In this document: one piece after another, positions 35,601-46,240 of the stretch
Position numbering within the stretch: position 1 is the stretch's first letter
Layout of the letters: the number at the start of each line of letters is the position of its first letter
Source: Strigamia acuminata
Taxonomy: Eukaryota
Reading direction: 5' to 3'
Assembly (NCBI GenBank): GCA_949358305.1
Contig: OX442314.1
Location: forward strand, 33,232,001 to 33,296,000
Length of the DNA stretch: 64,000 nt
The notes under the pieces: model-generated
What the model saw: only the letters and a program-made list of their open reading frames with translations
Told to the model about the DNA's origin: nothing
Databases searched by the model: none
Program-made: the position numbers and the translations under genes

Positions 35601-35925
35601 AAAGTTGCGCTGATTTTGTTGGTTGTGGTGTTACGACACCGGGTATTTTTGATTTTGATTTACTTGAATCTGATTTGATTGATGTAGTTAATTTAATGTC
35701 AGTAGACGGTGTTAATGATTTGTTGTTGTCTTCTCGAACAGCAGATGGCGCCTCTGATGTCGGAGTAGACGGTTTTGTACTTCCATCGATGTCTGGTGAT
35801 TCTTCAGTCTTCTTCTCAGTAGAGTCCTTGATGTTTATATCCGACCCGCTCTCTGGACTCATGCTTTGAGCAGGCCGCTTGCGTTTCCCGACTGACGACT
35901 CCACTCCTTGCCACAAACGGGGCAC
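31180..35925 (-). CDS. pol: Pol of element C (protease, RT, RNase H, AT-hook linker, integrase), frameshifted at the duplication junction near 31340
   Basis: LLDSGA, YLDD, TDAS, DALSR, HHCC, IDYYG/SDNA/AERLN motifs. Confidence 0.95.
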   Translation of the reverse strand: MPRLWQGVESSVGKRKRPAQSMSPESGSDINIKDSTEKKTEESPDIDGSTKPSTPTSEAPSAVREDNNKSLTPSTDIKLTTSIKSDSSKSKSKIPGVVTPQPTKSAQLSSVKAKETPKKPTSLTTQSETLQTNFVLLSPEELQKSEEPRIEITKTDRFNREAPYIKITWANVSFVALLDSGAQTCVMSESLFNKLKANMGLELLELHETVRTAADDKIPVKGSVKLSVRAPLAVISFICLIIPKTSEDLLLGRDFCRAVGLCTDFELCQWYLKGSQERRQFMTLEQANKSESVLLFPIRKPDDTKDSAKDVPKVLINNINCILLEHRPLSQEIFEYPNDDAQHQIKRIRNRTRDQWSLIWSPKRKDSIKKSRKFNSSLFSTLSQRRRARRQRRRLYELSPTIKQLNTQGRQLLRRVDENALMARVHDHSTISEPPLDVNVLQYQPSSDPTQLDWIYDQLWSSLTVPQIRLLIQTLRPISKVFREEVGLCNNTQFEVNLKPDFRPIHVPVRPVNPAKKMVIDAYLDQKLKQGIIRRSKSDCAVAPVVVPKKTGDWRTAMDFRPMNAQTLPDVYPLPDIDNIFSYLGGSNWFSIIDGREAFHQIGVRPGDERFLAFITHRGLFEYVRMPFGPINGPATLQRAMNKTLSKYLYKFVFVYLDDVIIFSKTFEEHVQHLKIILQALDEAGFTMNANKTELCRTSLEVLGHIVEAGHIKPNPNKVTAIQYFPAPTNIKELQRFKGMIGYYQSFFPNYSKTCEVFQPLLKKDSEWNWTIQHQEAFNSLKRGLAEPTLHRRFPDWTKPYILQTDASYSGLGAALMQLNDQGERTPIAFASRALNSAEKNYSVTEIECLAAVWAVKRFRVYLEMMNFYLESDHLSLKWLFQQREPKGRLARWVLSLSEYKFTFLYCSGAQNRVADALSRAPVEPSEPLDADDSPLVDETCYIAYFDDPNDWPKLPIINIIGVGLAAAQQRNNVAVMTKAQRRQQQIKPKLGRPKGSKNKKRPPPNYQVLTRARARQQKQVSTPPGAVAPLPPLMSPLPSPNVPTASFPTPDVLSPPAGPSGAVRPNFDGYGGPDSDSSDDSTTYQPAWMGRAGFMPQQVRQDRSQFQRNATRRPVADEQQDEEEDEAERLHEAPQDHQPFRLIPTINEIIRRQHEDTWSAELIEYLDQGHLPNDQVQAARIKYRAVDFAIYKGMLCRYPPIDINKIRRRRQIYLPLMLREQYFKALHYPPSCGHLGVEKTLHRLRARVYWPKMKEDVLLWIQKCEPCQRAKPLNRLPYGPMIMAKPRHLFHTIYIDYYGKKPRSIGGHCYALVIVDAASRWLDVRLTETSDWKTTIKQLQGFIQRWACPKVIISDNAPAFRSMEFQAACQSFGAINRYTAVYHPQGNLAERLNQALKNCILAYIEEHVRWDVHIGYFVLAINSAYQASLQYSPYQMVTGQEARYPGDFDSDTDDGQPLPPARARETHELMRELRNNATANLQKAQIRHKRWFDRKRKPHDFKPGDFVSIKNRQLSSADRQFAAGLRQRGVQDLCHSRCVKIDHNFKEMRQDALLLMNNKTKKRMRPSDSMRRRKTTNHFV

Positions 35926-37775
35926 ACAGGCCTCCAGGATTGCCTGTCAGACATGAACCATTTGTCCGTTGGTGTTTTTCTCCACATAGCATTCTTCGGG
36001 AGCTTTGGCTCTGAAGGCGCTTCTTTAGCGGCTGGAAAAATGACAACGTCCTTGGGACATATGTGCTGTGTATCCGTTCTAGGTGTTGGCGCAGTAGTCG
36101 CAGTCATGGCGTGGACATCAGACTTTTGTGCTGCCGCTGATGCAGACTCCTTTGGCGGGTCCCTATTTGATTCCTCGCTGTTGGGATCTTCTGGATCAAG
36201 CGCGCACGCCGACATGTCCTCGAGCAATGCTGTAAATACTTTGTTGAATCTTGAAAAACGACCAGACCTGGACGAAGTAGATTGTTGATTTAACTTCTCC
36301 TCCTCTGTTCTGGTACGTGTGGCAGGACCCACTCCTGCGGGTAAAGGCATCTCCTGGTCCGAAACTCCGCACTGCTTGTACTCAAAAGTCCGCAACGAAT
36401 CCAACTGAAGGCGATTATCGACATCGTTGCCCATTTTGACTGCGTCGTCGATCGTCCTGATGCACCAAGAGCGCATTAATTGTACGACTTGAGTTTGCAT
36501 CATGCCCTGAACTCGTTCCCACTGCAAGCCCTTGTCCTTGTATCCAGCAATGTTTAAATAATGAATCATCTCGCTGAGGAACGACATAGTTGATTCCCCT
36601 GGCTTTTGTTTGCGCTGAGACAACTTAACATTAGCTAAAGCTGAATTAATGGAAAATACCTGCCTGAAAACCAATTCAAAGTCCTCCCAATTGTTTGGTT
36701 TTGGAGTCAGAGCCATCCACCAACGTTGCGCTCTATTTCGAAGCGCGAGAACCACGTATACTTTCAAATATATTCCTTCCGGTGCTCCCATGGTAAACAT
36801 GTGCGCATATAGCTTACCTAGGAACAAGTCCACTGTGTCGAAAGTAGCTTCATCCGGGTCGAAGTATGGAATTTTTTCAACTTTAAGTTTATACCTTCCA
36901 ACCTGAGCGGCTTGACGCTGATCTTCCGACTCCAACGAGAGTTGAGATCTCGTGTGAGGCAGCTGTCTTGAGGCGCTGAGTGGTATGCCTTGACTACCTC
37001 CTTGAGCGGAATCCGGGTTAGGATCTGGTGGTGGGTCCCGTGGAACATTGGAAGTCGTGTCTCCCTGTCGTGAATGTTGTTGGCGTCGTCTCGGAGAATA
37101 AGAGCCAGTGCGTCGTGGTCCTGACGCACGTCCAGTATCTCCAAAAGAAAAGTCGGCTCCCCGAGCGCCCTCTCGACCACGACGTGTGGCCCCCGAACCT
37201 GCTTCAGGTGCTGGTGGTTCAGGCTGAGTTCGCTCGTTGTGCGAATGGATAAATTCCTCCACTCTGTCGTTCAGCTCGCGCCTAATTTGCCTCATCGATT
37301 CGAGCAACTCCTGGCGAAGTTCGTGCTGTAACTCCCTTCTATCCTCTCGTAATACTCTCATCAATGCTTCCATCGTCAGTGCAGGTGGATTCCTTCGATG
37401 TTGCTGTGGTTCCGGTTGCATAAATGCAGGTTGGTAAGGAGGTGGCGGTCCTCGTTGAATGTCTTCTCGAACCGCTCGCATCCCGTCCACAATTTGTCTT
37501 CTTTCCATGAGTGAGTCCTGCAAATGGCGTCTATTTTCCTCCCATTGATCCCGTGCCGCAGCCGCTTCCCGTTCATGTTGGAGTTGATCCGCTTCCATTT
37601 GAGCGTATGTCCTCCAAGGATTGGAAAATGGTACGTCTGTGGATATTGGTTGTACTAGTAGATCCTGCTGCTGGTCCGGCTCATGTGTTGGTGAGTCTGG
37701 AAGTGGCAAAGTATGCGCTTGTTCGGCTTCTACGTCCGAAACACTGGATTGCGACAAAGCGTCGCGTGAAGCCAT
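35859..37775 (-). CDS. gag: Gag of element C
   Basis: 638 aa; coiled-coil N-terminus; AQRWW...WEDFELVFRQVF and RKQKPGES capsid-like motifs; slippery G GGA AAC at 35883-35889 with pol in the -1 frame. Confidence 0.85.
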   Translation of the reverse strand: MASRDALSQSSVSDVEAEQAHTLPLPDSPTHEPDQQQDLLVQPISTDVPFSNPWRTYAQMEADQLQHEREAAAARDQWEENRRHLQDSLMERRQIVDGMRAVREDIQRGPPPPYQPAFMQPEPQQHRRNPPALTMEALMRVLREDRRELQHELRQELLESMRQIRRELNDRVEEFIHSHNERTQPEPPAPEAGSGATRRGREGARGADFSFGDTGRASGPRRTGSYSPRRRQQHSRQGDTTSNVPRDPPPDPNPDSAQGGSQGIPLSASRQLPHTRSQLSLESEDQRQAAQVGRYKLKVEKIPYFDPDEATFDTVDLFLGKLYAHMFTMGAPEGIYLKVYVVLALRNRAQRWWMALTPKPNNWEDFELVFRQVFSINSALANVKLSQRKQKPGESTMSFLSEMIHYLNIAGYKDKGLQWERVQGMMQTQVVQLMRSWCIRTIDDAVKMGNDVDNRLQLDSLRTFEYKQCGVSDQEMPLPAGVGPATRTRTEEEKLNQQSTSSRSGRFSRFNKVFTALLEDMSACALDPEDPNSEESNRDPPKESASAAAQKSDVHAMTATTAPTPRTDTQHICPKDVVIFPAAKEAPSEPKLPKNAMWRKTPTDKWFMSDRQSWRPVCPVCGKEWSRQSGNASGLLKA

Positions 37776-37904
37776 GTTGAAATAATAATATGTGTGCCGG
37801 CAAAAATAAGTAATTAATTAAATAAATATAACGACCTATACTTGCGTAGTCTTCACTGAAGAAAATGGTGGTTTGTGTTCTCTTAGAACACGTTTCGAGT
37901 TGAA

Positions 37905-37921
37905 TCCTGTCTAGCTCGCCA
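37905..37921 (-). promoter_or_regulatory. PBS of element C, tRNA-Arg(ACG)-like
   Basis: TGGCGAGCTAGACAGGA, close to the complement of an ...TCCTGGCTGGCTCGCCA tRNA-Arg end. Confidence 0.7.
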
Positions 37922-40494
37922 AGATTGTCACGTCGTAGTCGACTTTTTAACAATGGTTTCGGAAATTTAAGAATTTCCAGGGATTGTAATAACCAGAAAA
38001 TTTAGGTTCGCAGGCGCTGCAACTCTTAAAACTTTGCCGGGGGTGGTAGCTAGGTTAAGACAGCGTCTATTCGTGAAATCTGTATTTTATGGGTGCAGGA
38101 TTCAATTCGGGCGCCGTACAAAATGGCGAACGTTGATACTCGAATTTTAAGACCAAATATCGCTCTTCACTAGGGAAAATGTCGTCATATGCTAGGCGTA
38201 CTTACGAAGAGTATGTTTCTTCTCCTGAACACGCGCAAACGTTGGGTGAACGCGCAAACAGGTACCAAACCGCAGACAACGTCGTCGAGCCGTCGATAAT
38301 GAAATGAATACGCAATTGAGACGAGTATGAGTTCAAAATGTCTAGGCTGAGGAGGAAGTCACAGTCGTGGCATAAAATGTATTGACGAATTAAGACCGTC
38401 GAATACGCCTTTTTTCCAGCAATTCGTACGCAAATAATGGGCAAAATAATAAATGTTGTGGTTAGTTAGACTAACATGAGAATTCGGGCTGCATAATGAC
38501 CGTATGCGTTGAGACGCAACATAATCGCACTTGGAAACCTTCCAGTTTGAGACAGAAGATGTTGACTAGTCGAAGGCGAAAATTATTCTCTCTGTCAAAA
38601 ATGTCTTGACAGAACAAGTCACCTCTGATCACATGTCAAAGGCCAAGTCAATTCCCAATGGGGACTGGGCAGAAAACAGGCGACCAGGGGTGAAATATGC
38701 AAATTTAGAGCGCGATTATATCAACTTATTGCAGAATTCTCATGAATTGTCTGGATGGGGTGATTAAAACCAGGCCGAATTAAAGATAAATATCAAAAAT
38801 AAGGAAAATAATATAAAATAAAATAATAAATTTAGATTTGGGAAAAATAAAATGATTTAAAGAAATTAGAGCAATTTCTCAATAAAATTGGGGAAAATTC
38901 AAAGGAAAGGCGCAAAATGCGCTCAAAATTTTGAAAATTAATACTGTCTAAAGTCAGGACCGTGACCACCTTTATTTGCACGTTTTGCGTCAGAATAATA
39001 AATTCTATTGGCAGATTCATATAAGGTGTTTCGATTAAGGTGGAGCATTCTAGATCTAGGCAACAAAATAAATAAATAAATCAAATAATCAAATATACAA
39101 ATTTCAGAGAATAACTCTTTCTCACATTTAATTTTACATCTGATCCTTAAAAATCTTGCTATAATTGACACTACGACATTCAACACATTCGTCACAAACA
39201 GATCCAGCGTTGTTTCGTTTCTCAGGTTGAGGTGCAAGAGGTGTCTCCTGTACTCGTGTTTGATATGCCAGCGGAGAGCTGGAGCGGATTGACCTCATGC
39301 ATGCACGTATAAGGTTGAATTTTTTAGAGCGAGCGTTCGCAGCTGCCATGATAGTAAAATTGTAAGGTTCAGTGTGATTGCCTTAACAGAGATTTTAAGA
39401 GGAAATAGGTTTAGTTTTTAATGCTGTTTCAACGAAAGTTATAAAATATAAAATCACTAAACAATCCAAAACAATTTATTAAAAGAAAGAAAATCCCTTA
39501 ATCTGTCATGTTGTCTCACTTGTCAGGATACTGCAAGTGAACGCTTGACGGAAAATGACTGGACAGACTGTTGGTGCATTTAAAGATTCTTTGTTGTTTT
39601 CAAAACAGAATATAAAAATACCTAACTATAAATGTGTGCGAGGCAATTTCGGTTTTGGACTTGGCGTACATGGCAGTTAAAAACTGTAAATTAGAAGACT
39701 GGGTTGAACTCAAAACGCACGTGGCTTTAATCCTTGCTAAAACAGTTGCACTGGACATTCCAGCAGAAAGAATTAAACAAAAATCTTTACAAAAAAAATT
39801 ATATCAAAATTACAAATGTTATGTTAGGGCAGTTCAGTGATGGGCACTGGACCCTAAACGTACCGTTTGTTTAATTGCCATGCTGCAAAAGTACTGTATG
39901 GATATGGATTGCATTGTTGCAGTGAGTACACCTATAAATATATGACATTTACAACGTATTTTATATTTCTTCAAGCCGGTCCAAGCCCTGTCTGGGGCAT
40001 CCAAGCCCCACTCAATCATACTCATTTTGGTCTTTGGCAAAACTGCTTGTACGAATCAGTCTGCTTGGATTAAATGCGCCGTAGAAAGTGCGTAAGAGAA
40101 AATGAAATAAATCTTTAAAATATCTTAACAAATCCATTAAATAAAAATGTGTTATTTATGCTATGGAAATTAGGGAAAGGACACAATTCGGAATTTACGG
40201 TTTCCCTGTAATAATTATTTCTTTTCTGCATCCATTGCATTGATTTTGGCTTCATTGTTCGCCTGCGAATTGTCCTTGAGAGTTGAGATCACGGGCGTGT
40301 TGGTTCAATAATTCATTGATGGCTGTCTGTTTCTTGTTTCGGCCGGAAATTCGTCTCGTTGAACGTCAGCTTCTGCATAAACCGCTACCTAAAAACGAAA
40401 AAACAAAAAAAATCAATCAAAGTGAATTTTTTATTTTTTTATTTTTTACCGTTTCGGCCGGACACCCGTTTTGAACGGCAGCTTCTTCATAAAC

Positions 40495-41060
40495 CAGTGA
40501 TCTGGTCAGCGATCACACCTGCCAGTTTTTAGCAAAATCTACCCACATCAATTCTCGCTCGACCCATTGTTATTAACGCCCATATTGGGTTTAGCGCATC
40601 CCATCAATCGACCATGGGTGCCTGGGATGTGAATGGGAATAAATGTGGGACATTATAAATGCAACCAATCTTATTAAAAAACTCAAAAGTACGGCTTCTC
40701 AATACCAGTATTAATATGTAATTCATGTATGACAGCTGGCAAATTCCTTTTGTGCAGCATAAATGCAACTGGAAGGATTGGATTTCCCATCATTCTAATA
40801 TTTTTTATGACTAGCGTTCAGACATAAAAATCCCCCATTTGAAAAGTTGTGTCATATGTAGCAACTGGTGGTAGGGCTTTGTATTAGACTTCTAAACTGT
40901 CTAAGATGTAATGTTTCTATGCATTCCAGAATGATCTTGCTTGTTGCTGAAAGCAACGATGCTTCTTCCATACTTGATTGTACATGGAAAAGCACAAACA
41001 TATCGTATAATTATTAAGTTCCTCGATCAAGCGTAAACGTTCTTTTCTTCGTCCTGGCGA
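40495..41060 (-). pseudogene. Second decayed MULE transposase fragment joined to a block homologous to 244-460
   Basis: ATYDTTFQMGDFYV*TLVIKNIRMMGNPILPVAFMLHKR at about 40735-40870, closely matching 8400-8530; 40495-40730 matches 244-460. Confidence 0.7.
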
Positions 41061-42036
41061 ATTAAAACTAATAAATTAATAAACAAAATACATAAAATAA
41101 AAAAACACTAAATTAATTGACCCAAAAATGGCTGAAAGTCTGAGGGTAAGATGAATCTCCCGACCGTCAGCACCTGGCTTATAATTCAAACACATCTCGG
41201 GCATGCGCCGCATCCAGATTTAACAAACCAAAAAATCATACAACATCAATTATAAATACAAACAGTAAATAAATATGCACAACTTGAGTAACAAAAGGAA
41301 TCCATTAAAGGGCAGTGTTTAAATTTGCGATGGCTAGATTTGTGATCGCTAAAAATGCGATCCCAAATTGTAGGACAGGTGTGAGTGGAAGCTTTCAATC
41401 TGAATGGCTACACATGCTGGAGCACACATTGGATATAAATTCATAAGAATGAGATTTATAAACACACAGGATTATCATACGACACTCACGCAGGAAGATT
41501 GATTAACTGCAAATAAAATAAAGAATTTATTTATATTTTTAAACTTACATAGAAGAATCATTTGCACTGAAGAAAATCCCTGTAGGCTGCCACCTTTGCT
41601 GAGGAAAAACATAAGGAAGGAAGAGCATCTGGTGGTGGGAAAATCACACCATTTACCTTGATTTGGACTGGAGATGCATAGTGCTTTATTATTGCCAGCA
41701 GTCATAGAGCACGTCTGTTCACATGATTTTAGCAACAACAATATAACAATGCTGAAACACTTTTCCCGTGGTAATGAGAAGAGCTCAGCTGAAGCTCAAG
41801 AGCTGCCTTGAAAAATTGTGTAGTGGAGTTGACCATTCAGAGCTGCCACTTCTGGTGAAACTTCAGATCTTTCATGGGCGCTCTCCATTGAAAACAAACA
41901 TGGCGGTCTCGTCCCACAATTCTGTCTGGGAGGGATTGTTAAAGAATATTTACACTTCATTGTTGTGAGCAAGAAAGAACTGGGCAGAAAGCAAAAAATG
42001 TGTCTACTCTCATAAGCTTGGAAAAATTGTAATACT

Positions 42037-42180
42037 AAGCAAACAGTCTGTGCAGATGTTTCCGCTTCGTGACTATTGTTTGACATACGTGACACTTCAA
42101 CTCCACGTTCACGTCCACTGCCCTGTTTGCACAGTCTGCACAAACCAAGTGGTCGCACTTGTATGAGATGTTGTAATGGC
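42037..42180 (-). pseudogene. RING-finger-like coding remnant next to the element D insertion
   Basis: KCDHLVCADCANRAVDVNVELKCHVCQTIVTKRKHLHRLFA* fits the C-x-H-x2-C-x2-C...C-x2-C half of a C3HC4 RING. Confidence 0.5.
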
Positions 42181-44719
42181 TTGTGACTGGTGTGGTTGAT
42201 GGCCTTTAATCGTTATTAGTGTGTGACGATTCTACTTTTGGGCTAATTTATTAGTCCTTTTGAGATAGATAATTCGGTTTATACAAGACGTTGCTAAGTT
42301 TAGCAACAACCTAACCGAGATAAGCTACGGAAACCTTCACAAACATGAATACGTGATCGAATAGAAATAACTTACAGTTTTAGTGTGACATAACATATTT
42401 ATTACTAAATATTGATGGTTAACAAAGATGGGTTCTTGACGCGTGTAAACGGGCGGCATCAACTGGTTGAGGATCCGGGCGAAGCCAGAGGGATACGGCT
42501 GACTTGCGGCATCGTCACAAATATCGCTACGGAGACGTATTTGGTCCGCAGCTCGAATATCTAAATATGCGAAGAGTCCTTCGCATTAATCGGAATATTC
42601 GGCAGAATATTCCATGTTCCAAATGAATAAAAGTAAAGTGATTAAAGTAATATAACAAATGAATTGTTATATAAATAATAATTGGGCGGGGACCGTCACG
42701 ACAATTGAGAGAACGTCGCGGGAGTTGTTGAGACTCCATCCGCCAGCATGCCTTACGACGACAAGATCTCGTGATCAGGCGCCGAGTATTTAATTGTACG
42801 CTTTAATTCGCTATCGGTGGTACCAACCACCAGGTAAACATTTCTATGGACTTACCGGGTTTAAAAGATATTGCCAATACAGGATTACCAATGCCCGAGT
42901 AATTTGTTTAACACGATATATTTATATATCGTTCACGGGTTACTAACCCGGAGGGTACGATGGGGCGGGGACCGTCACGACGGTCGAGAGAACCATCGCG
43001 GGAGGATTTGACTCCTCCATCCGCCAGCATGCCTTACGATGACGGGATCAGCGGATCGAGCACCGGGTAAAATATTATTTGGCCACTGCCATTGGATTAC
43101 CATTATCCAGGTAGTTGTTTTATCGCAACATCTTTAGATATTACTCACGGGCTACCAACCCGGCGTGTCACCTGTATATTAAGCCTTTACCGACTTTTAA
43201 CGAGCGGAAGGACCAATCGTAGAAAGACGGGAACCTGCGTGGGCTGTTTACAACAACCATCCTGCAGCGGACTGTGGCCAGTTAGCTGAGGGACCTACTT
43301 TCATTTAGCAAGGTCGTACTGTATACGACCGTTATATTAAGCCACCGTACGAAGTCCTACTGTCCCGTAGAACAGCTGGCTAACGTTACGGGGCCATTTC
43401 ATGCGAATGCATGTCTATTACCGGAGTTAGCCTTCCCGAAAAGGCCCTACAACAGCAATAACAAACTAGTAATGAATACTAACTGTGGAGAGCTGAGGTG
43501 GCCTGATGTGTCGATAGAGAATAATGAAATCAAACGATAACAATTCAACTACAGACAATATACAAGTTCAGTTATCAAAAATCAAGCCTTAGGGAAGTGA
43601 AAAACTGATGCTTATATAGTTCTGTAGAACTACTAGATTGGCGGCAGCCAATCAGCGTACGAATCGGCGGATTCGTGGGTCACTAGTCCGGACCTAATAT
43701 ATGACTATGTCCAGATGGGCCCAGTTGGGGTCCGGAAGGGTCCGATTGGTTCCCTTCGACAGGTAAGTAAAGTGGACATTGATTCGATAGAATCAACATC
43801 ATCAAGTAATTAATACTTAATTTATATCGAATAAAATAGTTATATTTTATTCACCGTGTCTAAATAATTATTTATCACACTTTTTAGTTTTAACCGAGTT
43901 TGAAATACGCGCGTTGATTAAACAGCGCCATCTATGGTGAACATTGACAACTATTGATTTGTAATCATCACACATCCCCCGGTGACAAACATAGAGTTTA
44001 CTAACTCTCGATTGTCATTCTTAATGGATAAGAATGTTCACCTAATTCTATCGAATTAATCCACTTGGTAAGTATTTTATTAATTTAATCACGTTATTTC
44101 TTTCAGAAACTTCGTCACCCGATTAGACTAATCGGCTTCTCTGTACCGCGCAACTCCCGGTTGCTAAGCGACGGAAATGAACTCGTCCGAACATGGATAC
44201 ATGTTCGAGAAAATACAAATTTCGATAGAAATTTTATTTCTCCGTCAAATAAACTTATTTATAGCTTATTAATCAACAAGATAATCAATAAAAATAAATT
44301 TATGCAAAACTTTATTTATCGAAAATCTAAACTACTAATTTTTATTACGACTGTCATAAAAATTATCGAATTTCAACTTGAAATTCTTTAATACTTCGAT
44401 CAAAGCAAAATAAACACAAAATTTCCACAAGTAATTATGAAATTGCAAATAAATCAAACAAACATATATTAATATGATTAGTTCAAAATAACAACCAAAT
44501 TGAATTCGGAAAACCAAAACAAATTAAATTGAATCCAATTTTAAATCAAACTATATTCTTATGAATATTTGAATAATTAGTTCAAGATCTTGAAACCAAA
44601 CAAACACAACACTCATGAGAATATTTCTTAATTGCAAAAACACAACAAAACACTTGGAGTATTTTTAGTCATAAAAATCTCCACTCGGAAAAAATAAGCG
44701 AATGTTAACTTTGTCCCTT

Positions 44720-46240
44720 TTACTCCTTCTTTTCGACGTCAGTCGAATCTTTTTCTTCCTTTTTCTCGACTTCAGCTGAAGTCAGAAAATCCGATTCTTC
44801 AGTCGCCTCTGTCGAGACGGCAGAAAATACAGCTTCTTCCGGCGCTTCGATTTCATCCGGACTCGGAGGCGGAAACGGCATGTCGTCGAGAAGCTCAGCC
44901 ACGAAATCAACGACTGAAAGCAGCTCCTCGGCGTCCTCGAACTGCGCGTCGTCCGAAGTCTCAGACTTAGACGCTGGAGGGGCGCTAGACACGTCGGTTA
45001 CGGCCGCTGGAGGATCCTCCACGGGTTTAGACGACGTTTCAACAGCCTGTTGAAGCTTACGAGCTCGCCCTCGTGCCAAGATGTTGGTTCGTTGAACCTT
45101 GGCAATTTCTCTCGCTCGGTCGAGCGTCAGACAGCCTCGCCCTCGCGACATCGCTCTTGGTCGAACGAATTCCTCTTGCACCTCGCTTCCGGCGCTCTCG
45201 ATGGCCTGGACAGTTTCAGTTGAAACTTCGGAGTCCTCGGACGGCGGCGGTGACTGTCGAAGGAGTTCGACTCTTACGCCGGCGTTGGCTTCAGCACGGG
45301 TCCAGGTGAGGAAGCGCGGGTCGATGTAAACCGCTTCGCCGCGACTATTCAAGAAAAGTCGGCACTTTGGGCAGTGAGCCCAACATCGCTTTTCGTTCGG
45401 CTTAATGCCTTTCACCACGTGGGGCTGAACCTCCTTGCGCCACGGCTCCGAACGCGGTCGCGTTTTCCTTCCACGGCAGTTTGGACAACGCATAAGCGAA
45501 GAACCTGCGGATGCACCGCAGCACCACCCACAGCCGACGCAAAATGGGCATATCGTCTCCGTGGCTTGGTCCGTCACGATGTTATCGTGAGGTATTCCGG
45601 CTGCCATGTCTCGTTCGCACTGCTCCTTGCGCAGGCGGGCTTTCTCATCCTTCTTTTTCGCCTTATTGGCCGCTCGGTACTCGCGGTTGCGAGAAACAGG
45701 CTCCGAATAACGCAGAGCGCCCGGTGGCGGCTCGTTCCATCCATACTCTGATGCCGAGGATTCAGCACCGGCAGGGAGGTGCACAGCAGACGTTGATTGT
45801 CCCGCCACAGTCGGTGCGGTCGCATTCGATGTATTGGCAACGGTAGGTGCCACGTTTGCAGTTGGCGGCCGAAATTCTGGCGAATGCGGGGCCAACGGGA
45901 CGTTGATAACGTTCGCAGGCGGAAATGCTACCTGGGCCAACGGGGCCAATTGCGCCGACTCATAAATAGTTGGCTGTGCAGATGTGGATGGGGCCTGCAT
46001 CAACGCATTTAAGTCGAGCGGAAGTCCGTCCGGATGGACGCTCAGCCAATTAAGCGTTGCGAGTTGCAACGGCGTCAGGGCGTACATCGAGGCGGGCGCC
46101 GTCGGTATCGGTTGGGCCCTCATGTAAGCACGTTCCGCTGAACGGCGTTGCTCGTCACTAGACGAGGTGGACGAGCTGGACGAGCTTTCATGACGGTGTC
46201 GTCGATGACTCCGTTTTGAGCGGTGTTTACCACTTCCCAT
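44720..46240 (-). CDS. Accessory ORF3 of element D, ~506 aa, DnaJ-type Zn-finger motif, function unknown
   Basis: ATG at 46240 directly after acceptor CTGCAG; CPFCVGCG...CPNCRG and CWAHCPKC; basic R/H/S N-terminus; acidic C-terminus; visibly more GC-rich than pol. Confidence 0.85.
   Translation of the reverse strand: MGSGKHRSKRSHRRHRHESSSSSSTSSSDEQRRSAERAYMRAQPIPTAPASMYALTPLQLATLNWLSVHPDGLPLDLNALMQAPSTSAQPTIYESAQLAPLAQVAFPPANVINVPLAPHSPEFRPPTANVAPTVANTSNATAPTVAGQSTSAVHLPAGAESSASEYGWNEPPPGALRYSEPVSRNREYRAANKAKKKDEKARLRKEQCERDMAAGIPHDNIVTDQATETICPFCVGCGWCCGASAGSSLMRCPNCRGRKTRPRSEPWRKEVQPHVVKGIKPNEKRCWAHCPKCRLFLNSRGEAVYIDPRFLTWTRAEANAGVRVELLRQSPPPSEDSEVSTETVQAIESAGSEVQEEFVRPRAMSRGRGCLTLDRAREIAKVQRTNILARGRARKLQQAVETSSKPVEDPPAAVTDVSSAPPASKSETSDDAQFEDAEELLSVVDFVAELLDDMPFPPPSPDEIEAPEEAVFSAVSTEATEESDFLTSAEVEKKEEKDSTDVEKKE

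Larger units (their letters stand above)
21471..38967 (-). mobile_element. Ty3/Gypsy retrotransposon C with third ORF and two internal tandem duplications
   Basis: 1042-bp LTRs at 21471-22512 and 37926-38967; TSD ACCT (21467-21470, 38968-38971); PPT GGTGGGGGGGAA at 22513-22525. Confidence 0.96.

Noticed and set aside
42930..42960. Twister or hammerhead ribozyme in the LTR of D (CGGGTTACTAACCCGGAGGG)
   Set aside because: Lacks the AAGCCC loop of twister and the CUGAUGA/GAAA core of hammerhead; only a simple hairpin is supported.
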